Positions 1-8,932 of a stretch of DNA of 64,000 nt are shown here, piece by piece. The stretch is from Myxococcota bacterium. Lineage in GTDB: Bacteria > Myxococcota_A > UBA796 > UBA2385. Where the stretch lies: NCBI GenBank assembly GCA_044344255.1, contig JBIJDH010000016.1, forward strand, positions 96,001-160,000. Direction: 5' to 3'. Each line of letters begins with the position of its first letter. The stretch's first letter is position 1. A program made the position numbers and the translations under genes. The notes under the pieces are model-generated. The model was not told where the DNA came from. It worked only from the letters and a program-made list of their open reading frames with translations, and did not search any database.

Positions 1-122
1 CGCTTCGGCGAGGATGGTCGCTGGCGAGAGGCAGACAGCGGACGCCTGGTCCCCTGAGCGTCGCTCGGCGGAGTAGGTGGGCTTGGTCGGTGGTCGCGTT
101 CAATCTGGCTGTTGAGGTGCGC

Positions 123-1280
123 GTGTCTGAGAAGGTGTACGACATTGTCTTTGAGGGCGGCGGCGCCCGTGGCGTGGTCCACCTCGGCGCCATCCGCGCC
201 TTCGAAGAGGCCGGCCTGCTACCGGGGCGGGTGGTCGCGACGTCCGCTGGCGCGATCGGCGCGGCGCTGCTGGCCGCCGGCTACGACTCCCACGCCTTCG
301 AGGCGGCCTTGTTCGCCGAGGTGCGGCCCGGGGTGACGGCCTTCGCAACCTTCCTCGATCCCATCGAGCAGCTCACCGACGAGCAGGTGGAGGCGAGCGC
401 GGTCTTCCGGGCCCTCGATGAGTTCGACATGCCCTTCATCGGGGCGGACGCTGAGCGTCGGCTCGACCTCCGGGTCGCGAAGGCGATCGTGAACAGTCCG
501 GGTCTGCGTCATTACACCAGCCTCAATGAGTGGGGCGGCGTCTGCGCGGGGGAGGGCATCTTCCAAAACGTCCAGCGCTGGCTCGCCCAGGCGCCGGGCG
601 GCCGGGATTACTCCCAGGCGACCCTCGGCGAGCTCTACGCCGCTACCGGGCGCCACCTCACCGTCGTCGCCACCGACGTCACCGTGGGGCGGATGCTCGC
701 CCTCAACCACGTCACCGCGCCCGACGTCCCGGTGGCCTGGGCGGTGCGGATGTCCGTCGCCATCCCCTTCGTCTACCAGGAGGTGCGGTGGCGGTCCGCC
801 TGGGGGCAGTACCTCGGCCAGGAGCTGGCGGGCAACGTCGTCGTAGACGGGGGCGCGCTGTCGAACTTCCCGCTCGGCCTCGTGCTCGGCCGCGGCCCGG
901 ACATCGAGCGCATCATGGGCCCGGTGCCCCCCGGCGAGCCGCGGGCGGTCGGCCTCGACATCATGCCCTCGATGGAGGTGGACGAAGACACGCTGATCGA
1001 GGACGCCACCGTCGAGCTCGCCCGGCGCAACCCCAAGAAGGGCCTCGTGTCCTCGCCGATCATCGATCGCGGGCTCGCCCTGATCGCCGCGATGATGAAC
1101 GCCCGTGACCGCGAGTCCAAGGACGCCCATCGGGCCTCGATCGTCCGCTTGCCGGCCGCTGGCTTCAGCGTCACGGACTTCGACATGAACAAGGTGGACC
1201 GCGAGCGGCTGATCGCCGCCGGACACCGGGCGATGAGCGCCTGGCTGCGGGAGCGGGGGCTCGACGGCGCAGCGGACTGA
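123..1280 (+). CDS. Patatin-like phospholipase
   Basis: Oxyanion motif FEGGGARG, nucleophile elbow ATSAG (GxSxG variant), catalytic DGG in VDGGALSNFP, AVRMSVAIPFVY. GTG at 123 follows GAGG; the ORF extends to 90. Confidence 0.9.
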   Translation: MSEKVYDIVFEGGGARGVVHLGAIRAFEEAGLLPGRVVATSAGAIGAALLAAGYDSHAFEAALFAEVRPGVTAFATFLDPIEQLTDEQVEASAVFRALDEFDMPFIGADAERRLDLRVAKAIVNSPGLRHYTSLNEWGGVCAGEGIFQNVQRWLAQAPGGRDYSQATLGELYAATGRHLTVVATDVTVGRMLALNHVTAPDVPVAWAVRMSVAIPFVYQEVRWRSAWGQYLGQELAGNVVVDGGALSNFPLGLVLGRGPDIERIMGPVPPGEPRAVGLDIMPSMEVDEDTLIEDATVELARRNPKKGLVSSPIIDRGLALIAAMMNARDRESKDAHRASIVRLPAAGFSVTDFDMNKVDRERLIAAGHRAMSAWLRERGLDGAAD

Positions 1281-1321
1281 ACACGGCGAGCCTGAACGCG
1301 GCGAGCCTGAACGCGGCGCTC
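1277..1321. repeat. Three tandem 15-bp repeats CTGAAC(A/G)CGGCGAGC between convergent stop codons
   Basis: ctgaacacggcgagc / ctgaacgcggcgagc / ctgaacgcggcgctc read directly. Confidence 0.85.
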
Positions 1322-3494
1322 AGGGCGTCGGGCACTCGCTGAGCCCGGCGATCCACCCCTCCACCAAGGCGACCGCCTCGTCATGCACCACCGAGGTGGC
1401 GAGGGGCGGCATGCGGTAGGCGCCGAGGTCGGCGAGGCGGAGCGCGAGCAGGCTCGTCTCGGGGGAGCCGGGATCGACGAGCAGCGCCCCGTCGACGCCG
1501 AGGTCGCCGTTGCTGGGCGCCTGTCCGCAGAGGGCGGGGTCGGCGGTGGTCCAGCGGAGGTCCATCGCGCTGAGCCCGCTGTCGGCGCGGTGGCAGTAGG
1601 AGCAGTTGCTGTGCAGGTAAGAGCGGACCCGGCGCTCCTCGGTGTCGGCGCCGGCGAGCGGGTCGGGGAGGGGATCGGCGGAGGGGCTGGGGCTGGCGGT
1701 GAAGAGCCCCTGCCCGTCGAGCCAGGCGAGCTGACCGACCGTGCTGCCGTCCTCGAGGGTGACGTCGCGGTCGAGCTGATCGGTCTCCAGGCCGAGGGTG
1801 CGGCCGGCGAAGTCGGTGTGGCAGGTGAGGCAGTCCGAGGAGGCCGGCCAGGTCCATTGGCCGCCGTCGGCGACGGTCTCCGTCTTGCCGCCGGGGACAT
1901 AGGTGGCGTCGGTGCCCTCGGCGTTCCAGGCATAGGAGTAGCCGGCCCACTCGCCGTCGGTGTGGCGCACGAGGAGGCGGGTCTCGAGGCGCTGGCCGCC
2001 ACGGGTGAACTCCTTCATCACCACCGAGCCCACCGGGAGGTCCCAGTCGCCGTCCTCGCCGATGGTGATCTGGCCGCCCTCGGGGAGCGCGAACCAGCGC
2101 TGCTTCTCGGCCCCGTCCGACCAGAGGGGCGAGTTGAGCGCGTAGGGCACGAGGTTGCCGGCGGGCTCCGTCGCGTCGGCGGCCTCGACGCAGCCGGTGG
2201 CGGTGAGCGTGGCGGGGAAGGCGGAGGTGGTGGGCTCACCGACGGGCACGATCTTCTGGATCACGCCGTTGAAGCCGACGATGTAGACCTCGCCGTCCGC
2301 GCCCTGGCTGAAGCTCGCGATGCGCACGCCGGCGTCGTCGATGAGCAGCTCCGCCTCGGGGAGGCCGGTCACCTCGTCGTACACGATGCCCCAGACGTGG
2401 CGCGTGACGTAGTCGCCGAAGAGGTAGGTGCCCTCGAGGCTGGGGATGGTCGCGCCGCGGTAGACGTAGCCGCCGGAGATGGAGACGCCGTCGGAGTGCG
2501 GGTACTCGACGATGGGCTCGATGAGGCCCAGGCCCTCGCAGGCGGCCCCGTCGTAGCAGTGGCTCGCCTCCATCATGTTCCAGCCGTAGTTGCCGCCGAG
2601 CTCGACGATGTCGACCTCCTCGTAGCGGTCCTGCCCGACGTCGCCGACCCAGAGGGTGCCGGTGGCGGAGTCGAAGCTGAAGCGCCAGGGGTTGCGGAGG
2701 CCCCAGGCGAAGACCTCGGGGGCCCCCGAGACGCCGTCGGCGAAGGGGTTGTCAGCGGGGATGGCGTAGGGCTCGCCGTCGGCGCCGCTGTGGTCGACGT
2801 CGATGCGCAGCATCTTAGCGAGCAGGTTGTGGGTGTCCTGGCCGGCCTCGAGGGGGTCTCCGGCGGAGCCTCCGTCGCCCATGCCGATGTAGAGGTAGCC
2901 GTCGGGCCCGAACTCGATCATCCCGCCGTTGTGGTTCTCGTAGGGCTGCTCGATGGTGAGCAGGATCTCCTCGGAGTCGGGGTCGAAGGTCAAGCCGCCG
3001 TCGGGGCTCGTGAAGCGCGAGATGACCGTGTGGCGCCCGCCGTCGGTGGAGGTGTAATCCACGAAGGCCTCGCCGTTCGTCGCGAAGTCGGGGTGGAAGG
3101 TGAAGCCGAGCAGGCCCATCTCGTTGTAGGTGATGTCGACCCGATCGGTGATGTCGAGCGCCTCGCTCATCGTCTCGGCGGCGGGATCGTTGTCGAAGCG
3201 CTGCAAGCGGCCGTCTTTCTCGACGGCGTACCAAGCGCTGTCGTCGCCGGGCGCCTGCTGGAGGAGCACGGGCTCGGAGAAGCGCAGCGCAGGGAAGGCC
3301 TCCTCGACGGTGACCTCGCCGGCCGCAGGCGGGCGCTCCGGCGCGCGGCAGACCGCGGCGGGCCCGGCGCCGGAGTCTGTGCCGCCGTCGCTGCCATCGA
3401 CGCCGTCGCTGCCCTCTCCCCCGCCGTCGGCGGCGTCGCCGCCCTTGTCTTTGCAGGCGAGGCTGAAGAGGGCGAGCAGGGCGAAGTGGCGCAT
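1320..3494 (-). CDS. PQQ-dependent glucose/sorbosone dehydrogenase-family lipoprotein fused to a C-terminal diheme c-type cytochrome domain
   Basis: Lipobox LFSLAC; GSDH motifs NHNGGMIEFGPDGYLYIGMGDGG, GLRNPWRFSFD, GDVGQDRYEEV; two CxxCH motifs (CLTCH, CSYCH) and a distal RMPP Met ligand. Confidence 0.9.
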   Translation of the reverse strand: MRHFALLALFSLACKDKGGDAADGGGEGSDGVDGSDGGTDSGAGPAAVCRAPERPPAAGEVTVEEAFPALRFSEPVLLQQAPGDDSAWYAVEKDGRLQRFDNDPAAETMSEALDITDRVDITYNEMGLLGFTFHPDFATNGEAFVDYTSTDGGRHTVISRFTSPDGGLTFDPDSEEILLTIEQPYENHNGGMIEFGPDGYLYIGMGDGGSAGDPLEAGQDTHNLLAKMLRIDVDHSGADGEPYAIPADNPFADGVSGAPEVFAWGLRNPWRFSFDSATGTLWVGDVGQDRYEEVDIVELGGNYGWNMMEASHCYDGAACEGLGLIEPIVEYPHSDGVSISGGYVYRGATIPSLEGTYLFGDYVTRHVWGIVYDEVTGLPEAELLIDDAGVRIASFSQGADGEVYIVGFNGVIQKIVPVGEPTTSAFPATLTATGCVEAADATEPAGNLVPYALNSPLWSDGAEKQRWFALPEGGQITIGEDGDWDLPVGSVVMKEFTRGGQRLETRLLVRHTDGEWAGYSYAWNAEGTDATYVPGGKTETVADGGQWTWPASSDCLTCHTDFAGRTLGLETDQLDRDVTLEDGSTVGQLAWLDGQGLFTASPSPSADPLPDPLAGADTEERRVRSYLHSNCSYCHRADSGLSAMDLRWTTADPALCGQAPSNGDLGVDGALLVDPGSPETSLLALRLADLGAYRMPPLATSVVHDEAVALVEGWIAGLSECPTP

Positions 3495-3520
3495 CGAGGA
3501 GGCTCCGGGGTGCGCCGGCC

Positions 3521-4072
3521 CTATCGCATCCCCGACAGGGTGAGCAGCCCGCGCAGCTCGACGGCGGGGGAGGGGCCGTCGGGGTCGAGCATCCGGTGGA
3601 CGAGGCCGCCGAGGATGAGGCTCATCATCATCGAGGCGAGGCGGGGGTCGGAGGGCCCGAACTGTTCGGCCAGGGCGCGCTCGTACTCCTGTACCGTGAG
3701 CTGGAGCGCGCGGCGGGGCTCGGCCTCGGGCTGCTGGAGGTGGAAGTCGAGCGCGATGCGCAGCGCGCTCTGGAGGGTCTCGCCGTGGGCCTCGACGAAG
3801 CGGGCGAGGTGATCGATGCGCTCGGGCAGCGTGGCCTCCGGGCGCAGGGCCTCGGTGGCCTGGTGGATGTCGCGGCGGGCGATCCAGGCCAGCATCGCCT
3901 GGAAGAGCTCGGTCTTCCCGGTGAAGTAGTGGTAGAGCGTGCCGGTGGAGACGCCGAGGGCCGTGGCGATGGCCCGCATGGTGAGCGTGGCGTAGCCGTG
4001 GCGGGCGAAGAGCTCGAAGCAGCGCGCGAGGATCTCGTCGCGCCGCTCCTCATGGTCTACGATGCGGGGCAT
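3521..4072 (-). CDS. TetR/AcrR family transcriptional regulator
   Basis: N-terminal HTH: LFARHGYATLTMRAIATALGVSTGTLYHYF. Lies 9 bp downstream of alkB. Confidence 0.95.
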   Translation of the reverse strand: MPRIVDHEERRDEILARCFELFARHGYATLTMRAIATALGVSTGTLYHYFTGKTELFQAMLAWIARRDIHQATEALRPEATLPERIDHLARFVEAHGETLQSALRIALDFHLQQPEAEPRRALQLTVQEYERALAEQFGPSDPRLASMMMSLILGGLVHRMLDPDGPSPAVELRGLLTLSGMR

Positions 4073-4081
4073 GGCGCGCCG

Positions 4082-5155
4082 CTAACGCGCCGGGTTGGGC
4101 TCCGCGTCGAGCGGCCGCGAGGGCCCTCCGCGTAGCGCGGCGTCGACGCGGGGGTCCATCACGGCGAACCAGGCCGGCGGGCAGAGGGCGAGCAGGATCA
4201 TGCCGGGGTAGCCGGTGGGCAGCTCGGGGGCCTCGGGGAAGTGGCGGAGCTGGTGGTAAGGCCGCGTCGGGTGGGCGTGGTGGTCGGCGTGGCGAGTGAG
4301 GTCAAAGAGGAGGATCCGGCCGAGCGGGCGGTTCGAATTCCACGAGTGGACGGGCTCGACCTTGGGGTATCGGCCGCTCGCGTCCTTCTCGCGGCGCAGC
4401 CCGTAGTGTTCCACGTAGTTGATCACCTCGAGGAGGCCGATCGCCACTGCGCTCGCGGCGATCCAGCCCAGCAGCGCCGCCGGCCCGAGCAGGCCGCCGA
4501 CGAGGGCCAGGGCCGCCCCCTGCAGGAGGTGGAGCCGGAGCATCAGGTTGCGCGGCTGGAGCGCAGGGAAGCGGGCGGTGGGGAAGCGGCGGGCCTCGAT
4601 GGCCCAGGCGCTGCGGTAGCCGCCGATCAGGGAGCGCAGCACGAATGCGTAGACGACCTCGCCCTTGCCCGCCGAGGCGGGGTCCTCCGGGGTGGCCACC
4701 CGCGCGTGGTGGCCGCGGTTGTGCTCGATGAAGAAGTGGGCGTAGTTCGTGCTCAGGTAGAGGAGGAGGGCGGTGCGCTGGTGCCAGCGGCTCGTGCGGT
4801 GGCCGAGCTCATGGCCGAGGTTGATCGCGATCCCTGCGAGGGTGATGCCGGTAGAGACCGACGCTCCGACCGCCTCCACCGCGCTCCACTGCCCGACCCT
4901 CATCCCCCACAGATAGGCGCCGAGCACCGCGAAGTGGAGGGGGATGAGCGCGTACAGCAGCAGATCGTAGGCCAGGGCCTCCCGCGGGCTGCGCGGCGCC
5001 GGCTGCACCTCGCTGCCGCGGAAGAGGTGCTCGGCCAAGGGGATGAAGCCGAAGACGAAGAGGGGCGCCGCGAACTGGGCGACTCCGCCGACCCTCAGGC
5101 CGACGAGGGCGAGGATCGGCAGGACGAAGGCGAAGGTGTAGGCGAGGAGGGGCAT
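4082..5155 (-). CDS. alkB: Alkane 1-monooxygenase (membrane di-iron hydroxylase)
   Basis: His boxes HELGH, EHNRGHH, NYVEHYG, LTRHADHHA and several TM helices. Start set at ATG 5155 because the promoter lies at 5217-5245. Confidence 0.93.
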   Translation of the reverse strand: MPLLAYTFAFVLPILALVGLRVGGVAQFAAPLFVFGFIPLAEHLFRGSEVQPAPRSPREALAYDLLLYALIPLHFAVLGAYLWGMRVGQWSAVEAVGASVSTGITLAGIAINLGHELGHRTSRWHQRTALLLYLSTNYAHFFIEHNRGHHARVATPEDPASAGKGEVVYAFVLRSLIGGYRSAWAIEARRFPTARFPALQPRNLMLRLHLLQGAALALVGGLLGPAALLGWIAASAVAIGLLEVINYVEHYGLRREKDASGRYPKVEPVHSWNSNRPLGRILLFDLTRHADHHAHPTRPYHQLRHFPEAPELPTGYPGMILLALCPPAWFAVMDPRVDAALRGGPSRPLDAEPNPAR

Positions 5156-5198
5156 GGCTGCTCCGCAGGGCCGTCCGAGGGCGCGCGCCCGAAACGAT

Positions 5199-5245
5199 AT
5201 CGAACGTGCGTTATGAAATATGCGCTGGCCGGCGACGGATGTCAA
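5199..5245 (-). promoter_or_regulatory. sigma70-type promoter for alkB-tetR with a palindrome near the predicted TSS (candidate TetR operator)
   Basis: Minus strand TTGACA(5245-5240)-17 nt-CATATT(5222-5217); inverted repeat AACG-TG-CGTT at 5203-5212 in an AT-rich patch. Confidence 0.65.
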
Positions 5246-5270
5246 GGCGCCGCCGCGATAGGGCCGGCGG

Positions 5271-6680
5271 ATGCGTCCTCCGCGTCGAAGTCTGCTCGGT
5301 CGGCTCGGCCTCGTGGCCCTCGTAGGGGCCGTCCTGGGCGCCCTGGGGCTGGTCGGCCCGCTCCGCGCGCCCGTGACGGGCTGGCTCTACCGGCGCGGCC
5401 ACATCGCGGCCTCCCCCGAGGGGGACGGCCTCATCTTCGTCGTGCTCGACACCGTCCGGGCCGATCACACCTCGCTCTGCGGCTATGGCCGCCCCACGAC
5501 GCCCACGCTCGACGCCCTGGCCGCCGCCGGCGCCCGCTACACCTGTCGGGCCTACGCGCCGGGCTCGTGGACCCTGCCGAGCCACGCCTCCTACTTCACC
5601 GGCGAGGCCGTGCTCGAGCACGGCGCGCACGAGCTGCCGGCGGTCAACATTGACCTCTCGGGGGCCGGTGTGCCCGCCGACCACCTCTCGCCCCGCAAGG
5701 TCACCGTCGCCGAGACCCTCGCCGGCCGCGGCTACCAGACCCTCGCCCTCTCCGAGAACCCGGTCGTGGGCGACGCCCTCGGCCTCCGCCAGGGCTTTCG
5801 GACGATGCGCAGCGCCCGTCGTTTCGGGGAGCTCACGGGGGCCCACACGGTGGAGACCCTGCGGGGCCTGCTCCAGGACGAGCTCGACCCCACCGGCGGC
5901 CCCCTCTTCCTCTTCCTCAACCTCGCGAGCGCGCACCAGCCCTGGGAGGCCGTGCCAGACGAGGTCCCCTGGCTCCCCACCCGCGCGCGTCTCGGCTGGG
6001 ACAGCCGTCCCGGCGGGCGCTGGGCCCGCTTCCTCACCGGGAAGATGGGCGCCGACGAGGCCGCCCACCTCCTCGGCTGGGTCACCGACGGCTACGACTG
6101 GGGGGTCACCCGCGCCGATGACACCCTCAGCCGGGCGCTCACCGTGGTCCAGGGGTCCGGCTTCTGCCCCAAAGGCTGTCGGGTGATCGTCACCTCTGAT
6201 CACGGCGAGCTCCTCGGTGAGCACGACCTCATCGACCACGGCTTCTACCTCTACGAGGAGAACAACCGGGTCTTCCTGCTCGACTCGGCGGGCGGCGAGC
6301 CCTTCCCGGAGCCGATCAACGCGATGGTGGTGGCCTCGCTCCTCCGCGATGGGGCGCTCCCCGATCCGCTGCCCGCCGTCGAGGCCGTCGCCTGGCCCCA
6401 CGCGCGCCGCGCCCACCACAGCGAGGGGGCCGCCTTCAACTCGCGCTCGGCGGCCCTCTGGGACGGGCCGGAGAAGTGGATGTGGATGGACGGGCAGGCC
6501 CGAACCACCGACCTCCGCCTCGACCCCGGGGAGGCCGCAGGAGCGCCCCTCGGCGCCGCCGAGATCCCCGCGGGGCTCTCGGTGCTCGTCGAGGGCGTGC
6601 TCGGCGTGCGGGCCCGCGGAGAGGCCGCGGGGGACGCCGCCGCCGAGGAGGCGCTGCGGGCCGCGGGCTACCTCGAGTGA
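5271..6680 (+). CDS. Sulfatase-like hydrolase/transferase (alkaline phosphatase superfamily), membrane anchored
   Basis: LDTVRADH, SWTLPSHASYFTG, TSDHGE, DHG; N-terminal TM segment; C-terminal LRAAGYL tail. Confidence 0.88.
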   Translation: MRPPRRSLLGRLGLVALVGAVLGALGLVGPLRAPVTGWLYRRGHIAASPEGDGLIFVVLDTVRADHTSLCGYGRPTTPTLDALAAAGARYTCRAYAPGSWTLPSHASYFTGEAVLEHGAHELPAVNIDLSGAGVPADHLSPRKVTVAETLAGRGYQTLALSENPVVGDALGLRQGFRTMRSARRFGELTGAHTVETLRGLLQDELDPTGGPLFLFLNLASAHQPWEAVPDEVPWLPTRARLGWDSRPGGRWARFLTGKMGADEAAHLLGWVTDGYDWGVTRADDTLSRALTVVQGSGFCPKGCRVIVTSDHGELLGEHDLIDHGFYLYEENNRVFLLDSAGGEPFPEPINAMVVASLLRDGALPDPLPAVEAVAWPHARRAHHSEGAAFNSRSAALWDGPEKWMWMDGQARTTDLRLDPGEAAGAPLGAAEIPAGLSVLVEGVLGVRARGEAAGDAAAEEALRAAGYLE

Positions 6681-6740
6681 CGGCGGGCGAGACGCCGGGG
6701 CCTCGTGGGTTATCGGCTCCTGCGCAGAGGTCGATCACCC

Positions 6741-7655
6741 ATGTCCATCTGGCTCCTCCTGGCCTGCGCAGGCTCCCCCGCCGAGCCCCCGGCGAGGGTG
6801 CCCGCCCCGGTCCCGGCCCCGGTCTCCGCCCCGGAGGCGCCTTCGGCCCCCTCGGCTGCGAAGGGCGGTCTCCCCGCTACGCAGCCCCTCGACGGCGTCT
6901 GCGAGGCCTCGGCCATCGTCTGGGACGGGGCCCGCTTCATCGTGGCCGACAACGAGCAGAAGAAGCGCCTCTTCACCTACGACGCTGCGCTCCAGCCGAC
7001 CGGCGACCTCCCGCTCAGCGAGAAGATCGAGGACATCGAGGCCCTCACCCTGCTGGCCGACGGATCCCTCCTCATCGTGGGCAGCCAGTCGAACAACAGC
7101 AAGGGCGTGAAGCAGCCGGAGCGGCAGCGCCTCGGCCAGTGGTCGGCGGGGCAGCTCCGCACCTGGAGCCCGGACTTCGGCGCCTGCGCTCCGTGTGAGG
7201 CCGCCCGCGCGAGCGCGCCCGAGGCCGGCGGGCTCAACGTCGAGGGGGCGGCCCGCCTCGGCGAGGTGGTCTGGCTCGGGCTCCGCTCGCCGCTGGTGGA
7301 TGGGAAGGCTCTGCTGCTGCGGATGTCCGCCGATCTGGGGCGGGCGGAGCAGGTGGTCCAGGTCGATCTCGGCGGCCGCGGCGTGCGGGACCTCATCGCC
7401 GTGGACAGCGGCCTGCTCGTCGTGGCCGGCCCGGCCGACGCGGCGGAGCAGGAGCACCGGCTGTTCACGTTCGATCCCCGGCAGGCCACGGGCGAGGCCC
7501 GCCTGCTCGAGCAGCGCCTGCCCCCCTCCACCGAGGGGCTCGTCCGCGGCGGCGACGGCCGGCTCGTCTTCCTCACCGACGGCGCCGAGGGGGAGCAGCC
7601 GAGCGGGCCCTGTCGACAGCCTTCCACCTGGGGCCATCTGCCGAACCTGCCTTGA
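6741..7655 (+). CDS. DUF3616-like beta-propeller lipoprotein
   Basis: Lipobox LLLAC; motifs CEASA, VADNE, DIEAL, GLNVEG, GLRSPL, DLGGRGVRDL. Confidence 0.65.
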   Translation: MSIWLLLACAGSPAEPPARVPAPVPAPVSAPEAPSAPSAAKGGLPATQPLDGVCEASAIVWDGARFIVADNEQKKRLFTYDAALQPTGDLPLSEKIEDIEALTLLADGSLLIVGSQSNNSKGVKQPERQRLGQWSAGQLRTWSPDFGACAPCEAARASAPEAGGLNVEGAARLGEVVWLGLRSPLVDGKALLLRMSADLGRAEQVVQVDLGGRGVRDLIAVDSGLLVVAGPADAAEQEHRLFTFDPRQATGEARLLEQRLPPSTEGLVRGGDGRLVFLTDGAEGEQPSGPCRQPSTWGHLPNLP

Positions 7656-7703
7656 TCTTCGGGCCCTTCTCCGATACCGTTGGGCCCAGTGAGGGGTGAA
7701 ACC

Positions 7704-8525
7704 ATGCCGCCAGGTCCCGGGCAGAGCCGCGCGCCGTCTACGAGTCAGCAGACCGCGCCGACAACGGGGACGCAGTCGGGGCCGAGCACCTCCACTGCGA
7801 CGAGCACCAGCCGGGCGCCCACCCTCGCCTCGAACGGTGACCGCGCCAGCCAGCTCGCCTCCGCGATCCCCACCGCCGAGCTCAGCCTCGACAGCATCGC
7901 CTCCACCTCGATCGGCCCGATCGACACCGGGGCCGCGGTCATCACGGGCTCGCTCAAGCTCGGCGGCAAGCTCACCGCCAAGCCTGCAGGCAGCACCAAC
8001 CCGGTCACCGTCTCCAGCGGCGGGGCCGAGGTCTCGGGGACGGCCACGGGGCCGGGCGGCACCAGCGTCGAGGGCAGCGCCAGCTCGAGCGGAGACATGT
8101 CCGCCAAGCTCTCCTCGACGCTCAACGGCATCACCAGCTCCACCGAGCTCAAGCTCGGCGATCCGCCCTCCGTCACCTTCGGAGCCGCCGGTGAGTTCGG
8201 CAGCGTGAAGACCACCCTCTCGGGCAACACGGTCACCTACACCTGCACCTCGAAGGCCATCCAGAAGACGATCAACGGCGTCGAGGTGAGCGGCACGCTC
8301 TCCTACACGCTCTCGCTCACGATCACGCCGAAGCCGCAGAACGCCCCATGGTACGTGCGGGCCTGGGACGCCGTCACCGAGGCCCTCTCCGACTTCGCCA
8401 ATTGGCTGGCCGACCACAAGACCGAGATCCTCGTCGGCACCGTGGTCGCCGTGGTCGTGGTCGGGGCGGTGGTGCTCACGGGGGGTGCGGCGGCGCCGGC
8501 CCTGGCCCCGGCCCTCGCGAGCTGA
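7704..8525 (+). CDS. Hypothetical protein: Ser/Thr/Gly-rich beta region with a hydrophobic C-terminal helix
   Basis: Host-like codon usage, GAGGGG RBS; C-terminus WLADHKTEILVGTVVAVVVVGAVVLTGGAAAPAL. Confidence 0.75.
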   Translation: MPPGPGQSRAPSTSQQTAPTTGTQSGPSTSTATSTSRAPTLASNGDRASQLASAIPTAELSLDSIASTSIGPIDTGAAVITGSLKLGGKLTAKPAGSTNPVTVSSGGAEVSGTATGPGGTSVEGSASSSGDMSAKLSSTLNGITSSTELKLGDPPSVTFGAAGEFGSVKTTLSGNTVTYTCTSKAIQKTINGVEVSGTLSYTLSLTITPKPQNAPWYVRAWDAVTEALSDFANWLADHKTEILVGTVVAVVVVGAVVLTGGAAAPALAPALAS

Positions 8526-8932
8526 TGGCGGAGTCCCCGCGCCCCGGCCTCATCCGCGCCATCGGCCTCCTCGGCCCGGTGGTGATCGCGGCGCAGCTCT
8601 GGGCCTGCTCGGCCACCGCCGCCCTCCTCGAGGGCTTTCCGGGCGGAGACGCCCTCGCCGCGGCCACCGTCTGGCAGCCGGCCTGGCCGCACCTCGTCGG
8701 GGCCGCGCTGCTCACTGCGGCCTTGCTGCTCGGTCGCTCGGGCTCCTTCCCCTGGCTCGGGCTCCTTGGGCTGCCGCTCGTCGCGCAGGGCGCCTCTGGC
8801 CTGCTCTCGCGGGGTGAGGGGGTGACCGGGCCCGTGCTCTGGGCCGCCTGGTTGGCGGGCGGCGCGCGCCTCCTCTGGGGCCTCTGCCTGATCGGAGCGG
8901 CCTACCAGGCGCTCCGCGATCGTCCCCGTTGA
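8525..8932 (+). CDS. Small multi-pass membrane protein
   Basis: ATG overlaps the upstream TGA (TGATG); about four hydrophobic segments (MAESPRPGLIRAIGLL...). Confidence 0.65.
   Translation: MAESPRPGLIRAIGLLGPVVIAAQLWACSATAALLEGFPGGDALAAATVWQPAWPHLVGAALLTAALLLGRSGSFPWLGLLGLPLVAQGASGLLSRGEGVTGPVLWAAWLAGGARLLWGLCLIGAAYQALRDRPR

Noticed and set aside
123..1280. Patatin as a CBASS/defence effector
   Set aside because: No cyclase or other defence gene is adjacent within the window; upstream context is cut off.
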